Source: Chthonomonadales bacterium
GTDB lineage: Bacteria; Armatimonadota; Chthonomonadetes; Chthonomonadales; CAJBBX01
NCBI GenBank assembly: GCA_049967475.1
Contig: JBMFSQ010000024.1
Coordinates: forward strand, 1-56,260
Reading direction: 5' to 3'
DNA length: 56,260 nt
Below are positions 49,436-56,260 of the stretch, one piece after another. The notes under the pieces are model-generated. The model saw only the letters and a program-made list of their open reading frames with translations. It did not search any database and was not told the DNA's origin. Numbering within the stretch: the stretch's first letter is position 1; each line of letters opens with the position of its first letter. The position numbers and the translations under genes were made by a program.

Positions 49436-49456
49436 ATACCCTACCCCCGTATTGTA
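49436..49456 (-). promoter_or_regulatory. CsoR operator ATAC-CCTACCCCC-GTAT overlapping a TACAAT -10 box
   Basis: ATAC/GTAT inverted ends flank a C/G tract, as typical for CsoR sites; directly abuts the csoR ATG. Confidence 0.8.
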
Positions 49457-49597
49457 CCTTCCCCCTGCTCTACGCATCCTCATGCCCCGCCGGTTCCCAA
49501 AACCCTCAAGAAACCATCCGCCAGGGCCAGAATGGTAACATCACGCGCCCAGGCGGGACGGCCGCGACGCCTGCCCGCGGCGCTCGAACCGGCATCC

Positions 49598-52500
49598 ATG
49601 ACTGGTACAGAGCCTATGAACCCAAAGCGTCCGCGCACCGTGCGATCGGCCTGGCGCACGATCTGCCTGGGCTTCCTCTTCGGCATGGTTTTCCCGCTCA
49701 TCGGTGCTGCCGCGGAATACACCCGCATGGGGATGTCCGGCTGGAAAGACCTCCTCGCGGCGGAAGTGCATGTGCCCGCGTTGTGGCTCCTGAACCTGAT
49801 GCCCTTCATTTTCGCAGGCGCCGGCTATTTTGCTGCCGCCGGTGACGATGCGGACCTCTGGGAGCAATTCTCCGGATGCGTGTACATGCGCCGCATCGTG
49901 GGGTTGGTTTTTTTCGGGCAATTGCTTTCGATTGAGGGAGCGGTCGTGCTGTTCCATAAGCCCATTGCGCTCTCCCACGGCCTCGCCATGGCGGCGTTTG
50001 CCACGGCCTTCGCAGCTCCAGCCGTGTTCCTATTGGTCGTTCGGCCCCTGCGCACGCGCAAGCTCAGGGAAGTTCTAATGAGCGACATCGCCATCCGGAC
50101 CATTCCCGACGCGGTCATGACGCTGAACGAGGGAGGATCCATACTCACCTGGAACGCAGCAGCCGAGCGCATCTTAGGCTGGAGCGTGCAGGAGGCGGTG
50201 TCCAGGCGATTTACAGAACTCCTCGAAAGTGGAAGCGCCGGCGCCTTCGCGGCTGCCGTAAAGGATGCCGCCTCGGCACCGGGAGAAACCGTCCGCACGC
50301 GCGTTCAAGCGATCAAGCGGGACGGAGCGCCGTTTCCGGCCGCTATTGCCATAACAGCCATGCCTCTGGCGGACGGCATGCGCTTCCTGGTGGTGTTGCA
50401 TGACCGCACCAAAGAGGCCGAAGCCGAGGATGCCCTGTACAGAGCCAACGAAGTGCTGGAAGCCCGCGTGGCAGAACGCACCCGGGAGCTCCAGGACGCC
50501 AACCGCTTGCTGAGGGCCGAGATAGCCCACCGCGAGCGCGCCGAAGCCCGTGTCCAAGCCCTGGTGAACGGCGTGCGGTGCGTGCTCTGGCATGCCATCG
50601 TGGAAGAGCGGGAAGGGCTCCTTTACTGGAACCTTACCATCGAGAACCCCGACACAGCCCGCGAGTACTTTCCATTCGAAGTTCCCGATGGCTGGAGCCT
50701 GAGTGATGCGTGGCACGCGGCCAAGCATCCCGAAGACCGCCCTGCCATGGACGAGCGATCCATCAAAGCCATCCTGGAAGGCGCATCCGGGTATGAGCAG
50801 GAGTTCCGTTGGATCACGCCGGACGGCCGGATCAAGTGGATGTACGAAGTCGTGCGCATCGTTCCCATCGGGGAACACCATTGGGAGCTGGTAGGAATAG
50901 CCACCGAGATCACACAGCGCAAGCAGGCCGAAGCCGCCCTCCAGGAAGCGAATGCCACTCTCAGCGCGGTGTTTGCTGCCGCTCCTGTGGCCATCATAAC
51001 GCTGGACACCGATGGGAAGGTTACCTTGTGGAACCCGGCAGCCGAACGCATCTTCGGGTGGTCCCAATCGGAGATCGTGGGAACAGAACTTCCGGTTCTC
51101 GCGGCGAGCAACGGCGACGCCTTTAAGGCGATCCGTCAAACTTTATCGAGCGGGACGAGCACTTCCGGACTGCAAATGGCGCTGAGGCGCAAGGACGGAA
51201 CCGAGGTTCCCTGCAGTGTGTCCGCCTCCATCCTCAACGGCTCAGGGGCAACGCTGCTCATCATCGCCGACGAAACGGAGCGCATGCAGGCGCTGGAGGC
51301 CCAGGCGGCGGAGCGGCGCCTCCTCAGAACCATACTGGAGCTCACTCCGGCCTTCGTGTACGTTAAGGACCGGGACGGGCGTTTCCTCATTGCCAACCCG
51401 GCAGTAGCCGAGAGTGCCGGAGTGTCTGATGCAGATGCGCTCGTCGGTGCGACGGATTTTGACCTGTTCCCAAAAGAGCTGGCAGAACGGTACCGGGCAG
51501 ATGAACTGCGCATCATGGAAGCCGGGGAAGCGATCATCAATCATGAAGAGCCCTACGTAGGAGCGGACGGCAAGCATCGCTGGATCTGGACGACGAAGAT
51601 CCCCATGCGCGACGAAGCAGGCCGGATCGTCGGCCTCGTAGGCATCGGCAGGGACGTCACGGACCGCAAAGAAGCCGAGGAGCAGCAGCGCCGATATCTG
51701 GCGCAGGTAGAAGAGGCCCGCAAGCTGGCCGAGGACCAGGCCCGCTTATTGGAAGAGCAGGCTGTGGAACTGGAGAGGGCCAGGGATCAGGCGTTGGCTG
51801 CTACCCGCGCCAAATCCGAATTCCTGAGCAATATGAGCCACGAAATCCGCACGCCCATGAACGGCGTCCTCGGCATGACGCGGCTTCTGCTGGACACTCC
51901 TCTCACGGACACTCAGCGGGAATATGCTCAAACGATCCAGGCATCCGCAGAGGCGCTCCTCGCTGTGATCAATGACGTGCTGGATCTCTCCCGCATCGAA
52001 GCCGGAAAGATGAAGATCGAGATCACCGATCTGGATCTCGGCGTGATCATGGAGGAAGTGGCGGCCCTTCAGGCGGCAAGCGCCCACCAGAAGGGTCTGG
52101 AGCTTCTGTGCATCGTGCCTCCGGAGCTGCCCACCCTGCTCCGCGGCGACCCGCTGCGCATCCGCCAGATCCTGACGAACCTCGTAGGCAACGCCGTAAA
52201 GTTCACGGAACAGGGTGAGGTGCGCTTGGAAGCTGTTCTTTTGGAGGAGACGCCTGCCCAGGTGTCCTTGCGCATAGACGTCGTGGACACGGGCATCGGC
52301 ATCCCGGTGGAGCGGCAAACGGCCATCTTCGAAAGCTTCACGCAGGCAGACGGCAGCACCACACGCAAGTATGGAGGCACCGGGCTGGGCCTCACCATCT
52401 CTCAGGAGCTGGCCCAGATCATGGGAGGGCGCATCACGCTGGAAAGCGAGCCGGGAAAGGGGAGTGCGTTTCACCTTTTCCTGAGCCTCCCCAAACAGCC

Positions 52501-53731
52501 CAATACCAAACGCCAGGAAGCGATGCCTGCCGATATCCGCGGGACGCGCGTGTTGGTGGTAGACGACAATGCCACCAACCGCCTAATCCTTCGCGAGCAG
52601 CTCAAATCTTGGGGATGCATCCCCGTAGAAGCCTCCAGCGGCGAAGAGGCTCTAAGTGCGCTCAATCATCCTACCCGCGACGGCGCCTTCGGCCTCGCCT
52701 TGGTGGATATGCAGATGCCCCACATGGATGGGGCGCAGCTTGCACGCACAATAAAGCAGGCCGATCACCTTGCGTCCCTTCCCATCGTCCTCGTGTCTTC
52801 CATTGGGGGACCGGAGCAATTGGCCGAAGAGGACCGCAAGCTCTTTGCAGCGCTCCTCACCAAGCCGGTGCGGCGGAGCCTCCTCTACAACGCCGTCCTC
52901 GGCGCCCTGGGAGCAGGCGAGCAAGCCCCGTCTGCCGAGGCGGTTCCGGCATCGCCCGAAGAGAGGCTGGGCCTCAGGGTGCTTCTGGCCGAAGACAATC
53001 GCGTGAACCAGATGGTAGCCGTGCGCCTGTTGGAGAAATGGGGCTGCTCCGTCCACGTGGTGGACACGGGGCGCGCAGCAGTAGAGGCCCTAGCCGGCGG
53101 CCGCTTCGATGTCGTGCTCATGGATGTTCAGATGCCGGATTTGGACGGCTTCGAGGCTACGGCCGAAATCCGCGCCATGGAGGCAGATTCAGGGGGGCAC
53201 ATTCCCATCGTCGCTATGACCGCTCACGCCATGGAAGGGGACCGGGAACGATGCCTCGCAGCCGGCATGGACGATTACGTTTCCAAGCCCCTGGAGCCCG
53301 AGAGGCTGCTGGAACTACTGAGGCACGTCGCCAAGCGGGAGAAGGATGTGGCCCAAAAGCCTGTGCAGGAGGCCCACGCATCCCCCGAGGTCTTTGTACG
53401 CGAGCGGCTCGAGCGCAACTGCGGAAACGATGAGGATTTCGCCAAAGAGGTGGTTGAGGTCTTTTTGCGCACCACAGAGGAAACGATGGAAGCCCTAGAG
53501 GCGGCCGTACAAAAGGAGGATTGGGAGCAGGTAGCCATGGCGGCCCACAGTGTGAAGGGGACAGCCCGCACACTGGGCGCAGAAGCCCTGGGCGCCGCCT
53601 GCTGGGAGCTGGAGCAAGCCGGAAGGCGCAGCGATGATGCCGCCTGCCGCGCCGGCTTGGAGGCGATGAGGCGTGAGTTTCACCGGGTGCGCGAAGTGCT
53701 GGCGCGATACCTTTGGCGCAAAGCAGCATAG
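49598..53731 (+). CDS. Hybrid histidine kinase: TM-4xPAS-HisKA-HATPase-REC-REC-Hpt
   Basis: [29 protein letters not shown], two receivers (DMQMP, DVQMP) and AHSVKG Hpt; start 49598 or 49616. Confidence 0.93.
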   Translation: MTGTEPMNPKRPRTVRSAWRTICLGFLFGMVFPLIGAAAEYTRMGMSGWKDLLAAEVHVPALWLLNLMPFIFAGAGYFAAAGDDADLWEQFSGCVYMRRIVGLVFFGQLLSIEGAVVLFHKPIALSHGLAMAAFATAFAAPAVFLLVVRPLRTRKLREVLMSDIAIRTIPDAVMTLNEGGSILTWNAAAERILGWSVQEAVSRRFTELLESGSAGAFAAAVKDAASAPGETVRTRVQAIKRDGAPFPAAIAITAMPLADGMRFLVVLHDRTKEAEAEDALYRANEVLEARVAERTRELQDANRLLRAEIAHRERAEARVQALVNGVRCVLWHAIVEEREGLLYWNLTIENPDTAREYFPFEVPDGWSLSDAWHAAKHPEDRPAMDERSIKAILEGASGYEQEFRWITPDGRIKWMYEVVRIVPIGEHHWELVGIATEITQRKQAEAALQEANATLSAVFAAAPVAIITLDTDGKVTLWNPAAERIFGWSQSEIVGTELPVLAASNGDAFKAIRQTLSSGTSTSGLQMALRRKDGTEVPCSVSASILNGSGATLLIIADETERMQALEAQAAERRLLRTILELTPAFVYVKDRDGRFLIANPAVAESAGVSDADALVGATDFDLFPKELAERYRADELRIMEAGEAIINHEEPYVGADGKHRWIWTTKIPMRDEAGRIVGLVGIGRDVTDRKEAEEQQRRYLAQVEEARKLAEDQARLLEEQAVELERARDQALAATRAKSEFLSNMSHEIRTPMNGVLGMTRLLLDTPLTDTQREYAQTIQASAEALLAVINDVLDLSRIEAGKMKIEITDLDLGVIMEEVAALQAASAHQKGLELLCIVPPELPTLLRGDPLRIRQILTNLVGNAVKFTEQGEVRLEAVLLEETPAQVSLRIDVVDTGIGIPVERQTAIFESFTQADGSTTRKYGGTGLGLTISQELAQIMGGRITLESEPGKGSAFHLFLSLPKQPNTKRQEAMPADIRGTRVLVVDDNATNRLILREQLKSWGCIPVEASSGEEALSALNHPTRDGAFGLALVDMQMPHMDGAQLARTIKQADHLASLPIVLVSSIGGPEQLAEEDRKLFAALLTKPVRRSLLYNAVLGALGAGEQAPSAEAVPASPEERLGLRVLLAEDNRVNQMVAVRLLEKWGCSVHVVDTGRAAVEALAGGRFDVVLMDVQMPDLDGFEATAEIRAMEADSGGHIPIVAMTAHAMEGDRERCLAAGMDDYVSKPLEPERLLELLRHVAKREKDVAQKPVQEAHASPEVFVRERLERNCGNDEDFAKEVVEVFLRTTEETMEALEAAVQKEDWEQVAMAAHSVKGTARTLGAEALGAACWELEQAGRRSDDAACRAGLEAMRREFHRVREVLARYLWRKAA

Positions 53732-53746
53732 GAACGGCAAGGCAAC

Positions 53747-54139
53747 ATGGCAGACGGAAAAGAAGTGCTTCGCGACCGGCGCGGAGAGCGGCGCTTCATG
53801 GTCAATTGGCATATCCGCGCCGGACACCGCAAAGGGCCCATTAAGGGACGCGTGCTCGATATCAGTGTTTCGGGCATCGGGTTCCTGTCGCCGCTCGAGT
53901 ACCAGGTGGGCGACTTGGTTGAGGTGGAGATTTGGCTGGGTTCCCTCACTTCCATACGGGCAGTCGTGCGCATTGTGCGATCCGTGGGAGCGGCGGGGGA
54001 CGGTCACTTATACGGAGCCGAGTTCCAGCAATTCAAGGGGGACGGGCGCCAAGTACTCAGCGACCGCCTGTTGGGAATGCTTCGGGGTGAACTGGGCGAA
54101 GAGTACGCGCCCCAGCCGTGGCAGCAACACAAGAAATAG
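53747..54139 (+). CDS. Stand-alone PilZ-domain protein
   Basis: RRGERR (RxxxR) and DISVSG (DxSxxG) motifs; YGAEF. Confidence 0.85.
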   Translation: MADGKEVLRDRRGERRFMVNWHIRAGHRKGPIKGRVLDISVSGIGFLSPLEYQVGDLVEVEIWLGSLTSIRAVVRIVRSVGAAGDGHLYGAEFQQFKGDGRQVLSDRLLGMLRGELGEEYAPQPWQQHKK

Positions 54140-54145
54140 CAGGGC

Positions 54146-54166
54146 GCCTTTGCGTGGGCAGAAGGC
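54146..54166. terminator. Hairpin between convergent pilZ and dxs
   Basis: GCCTTTGC-GTGG-GCAGAAGGC; no clear U tract. Confidence 0.3.
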
Positions 54167-54168
54167 CT

Positions 54169-56109
54169 TCAGCGTTTGGATGCCACGGCGCGCCCATTCA
54201 TGAGCGGAAGGGGCATCGTCATCGTTTCGCGGGCAGCCGCGGCGATATCGTCTGCCGTAAGGCCGCAGATCTTCCGCAAGATCTCCTGGCTTCCGTGTTC
54301 GATGAAGCGGTCGGGTATGGCGATCTGCCGCACCTGAACGTGTCCCATGCCGTGAGACGCCAGCAACTCCAGAACGCCAGCGCCGAAGCCGCCCATCTTC
54401 ACATTCTCCTCAGCCAGAACGAGGCGGCCCGTTCGTTGAGCGGCGCCCAGGATGGCGACCTCATCCAGGGGCTTGGCAAAGCGTGCATTGATGACGCCGG
54501 CGCCGATGCCCTCCTCCCTCAGCTGGAGTGCAGCCTGGTAGGCGGGATGGACCATTGATCCGTAGGCAATAATCGTAACGTCATCCCCGTCCAGAAGGGT
54601 CTCACTCCTGCCCAGCTCGATGGGCTGATGCGGGCATCCCCAATCTATTTGGGCAGCGCTTCCCCTGGGGTATCGTACGGCGATGGGTCCGGCTCCGGGC
54701 CGTTCCACGTACCGGCAGGCGAAGCGCAGCATCTCAGCGAGTTCATGCCCGTCCTTTGGCGCCATGAGGACCATGTTGGGAATGGGCCGCAGGTAGCTGA
54801 TGTCGAAGGCGCCGTGGTGCGTACCGCCATCTTCGCCCACGAGGCCGGCGCGGTCTATGGCGAAGATGACGGGCAAGTTCTGGAGGGCTACGTCGTGGAT
54901 GATGATATCGAACGCCCGCTGAAGGAATGTGGAATAGATGGCTGCCACGGGCTTCTGCCCGCAGGCCGCCAATCCGGCAGCGAAGCATACGGCGTGCTGT
55001 TCGGCGATGCCTACGTCGAAGAAGCGATCCGGAAAGCGGTCATGGAACTTGTTAAGGCCCGTGCCGTCGGGCATGGCTGCCGTAATCCCGATGAGTTTGG
55101 GATCGGTCTCCGCCAGTTGCACGAGGGTGTCGGCGAAGACGCTGGTATAGGTAGCGCCTGAGGACTTTTTGTGGGCTTCGCCGGTTTCAGGAGCAAAGGG
55201 CGTTACGGCGTGGAACTTTCGAGGATCCTGCTCCCCCGGCTCGTAGCCCTTTCCTTTTACGGTCATCAGGTGCACGAGGACGGGTCCCTGCATCTGCTTG
55301 ACGTGGCGGAAGACATCGAGCATGAGCGGGAGGTCATGGCCGTCCAGAGGGCCGATGTAGGTAAAGCCCATCTCCTCGAAAAGGAGGCCGGTATGCTCGG
55401 GAGCGAGGAAGTGGGTAAAGCTGTGCTTGAGCATCCCGCCGGCGGCTCGGGAGGCTAAGTCTCCTGCGGGGATTTTACGCAGGGCGCTGCGCGTGCGCCG
55501 CTCGATATCCTGATACCAGCCCGAGGTGCGGATCTTGGCCAGGTATTTGCAGAGGGCTCCCACATTAGGAGCTATGGACATCTCGTTGTCATTGAGCACC
55601 ACCGTGAAGTTGCGCCCGCTGTGGCCCGCATTGTTGAGGCCCTCCAAAGCGAGGCCTCCGGTGAGACCTGCATCCCCGATGACTGCCACTACGGCGTGCT
55701 TCTCGCCGGCCAGATCTCGGGCGACGGCGAAGCCGTAGGCTGCCGAGATGGAAGTGGATGCATGCCCGGCTCCATACAGATCATACTCGCTCTCATCCCG
55801 CCGAAGGAAGCCGCTGATGCCGCCATACTGGCGCAATGTGGGGAAATCTTTAAGGCGGCCCGTGAGCATCTTGTGGGCATAGCACTGATGCCCCACATCC
55901 CAAATGATCTTGTCGGTGGGGACGTTGTATACCGTGTGGAGGGCGAGGATCAGGTCGGTGGCGCCCAGGTTGGATGCGAAGTGCCCCCCTGTTTTGGAGA
56001 GGTTCTCGATGATCGCCCGGCGGAGCTCCGCGGCTACCTGTTTGAGCTGCTCGACGGTGAGGCCCTTAAGGTCTGCAGGGCACGTGATACGGGAGAGCAG
56101 ATCGGTCAT
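54169..56109 (-). CDS. dxs: 1-deoxy-D-xylulose-5-phosphate synthase
   Basis: GGHFASNLG, WDVGHQ, GHASTS, GDA...NDN TPP motif, IAEQH, YSTFLQR and DRAG. Confidence 0.98.
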   Translation of the reverse strand: MTDLLSRITCPADLKGLTVEQLKQVAAELRRAIIENLSKTGGHFASNLGATDLILALHTVYNVPTDKIIWDVGHQCYAHKMLTGRLKDFPTLRQYGGISGFLRRDESEYDLYGAGHASTSISAAYGFAVARDLAGEKHAVVAVIGDAGLTGGLALEGLNNAGHSGRNFTVVLNDNEMSIAPNVGALCKYLAKIRTSGWYQDIERRTRSALRKIPAGDLASRAAGGMLKHSFTHFLAPEHTGLLFEEMGFTYIGPLDGHDLPLMLDVFRHVKQMQGPVLVHLMTVKGKGYEPGEQDPRKFHAVTPFAPETGEAHKKSSGATYTSVFADTLVQLAETDPKLIGITAAMPDGTGLNKFHDRFPDRFFDVGIAEQHAVCFAAGLAACGQKPVAAIYSTFLQRAFDIIIHDVALQNLPVIFAIDRAGLVGEDGGTHHGAFDISYLRPIPNMVLMAPKDGHELAEMLRFACRYVERPGAGPIAVRYPRGSAAQIDWGCPHQPIELGRSETLLDGDDVTIIAYGSMVHPAYQAALQLREEGIGAGVINARFAKPLDEVAILGAAQRTGRLVLAEENVKMGGFGAGVLELLASHGMGHVQVRQIAIPDRFIEHGSQEILRKICGLTADDIAAAARETMTMPLPLMNGRAVASKR

Positions 56110-56225
56110 ATTCCATCCCCTTTTTGGGCGCCCTAAAAGCGCACGCAGCCTTCACCGCGATGGCTCCCGGACCGGCGTGTGGTGCGGCCTCCCAAGGGGC
56201 CGATCAGTGGTCCCAAAGCGCCAGT

Positions 56226-56254
56226 AGTGTACCATTCGGACCGGCTTGTGTCAA
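56226..56254 (-). promoter_or_regulatory. Sigma70 promoter TTGACA-N17-TACACT for dxs
   Basis: Near consensus with extended TG. Confidence 0.8.
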
Positions 56255-56260
56255 CCTGGG

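Noticed and set aside
49220..49597. N-terminal extensions in the ORF track (hybrid kinase; also maeB, hypD, hypE, GH127, xylB, nadC, DUF4129, copA)
   Set aside because: They overlap neighbouring genes or promoters; downstream starts fit the RBS and family N-termini better
56110..56222. TPP riboswitch before dxs
   Set aside because: Lacks the CTGAGA and ACCTGA...GCGNAGG conserved elements

Overview
High-GC bacterial chromosomal window that is almost entirely coding. The outer-membrane porin indicates a diderm, and the gene mix looks Armatimonadota-like (inference, not verified). In order it holds: a porin; a tightly spaced maeB-hypF-hypC-(cytidylate-kinase-like)-hypD-hypE-GH127 run; a Gly/Met-rich LTXXQ protein; a pgpH(7TM-HD)-ybeY-dgkA/PAP2-corC operon; a lone receiver protein; a long minus-strand run (GH10, proA, Gfo/Idh/MocA, sorbose-1-P reductase-like, srlD-like, radA, ppc, nadC, birA, hypothetical); xylB with two oxidoreductases; an orphan sugar-ABC ATPase; an excisionase-type HTH coupled to wzm/wzt; a cdaA-cdaR-membrane protein-DUF4129-tatD operon; an orphan sugar-binding lipoprotein; csoR-copZ-copA with a CsoR operator; a multi-PAS hybrid kinase with PilZ; and dxs. 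I saw no rRNA, tRNA, CRISPR array, integrase or transposase. The best leads are: (1) a hyp maturation operon with malic enzyme and an NMP-kinase-like insert, (2) a recurring SigH-like promoter motif, (3) a non-canonical c-di-AMP operon with an RHK cyclase variant, (4) a heptamer tandem repeat at hypD/hypE, (5) structured leaders before pgpH and dxs, and (6) a CopA with an MALSD metal-site variant. All calls come from reading motifs by eye; no searches were run.
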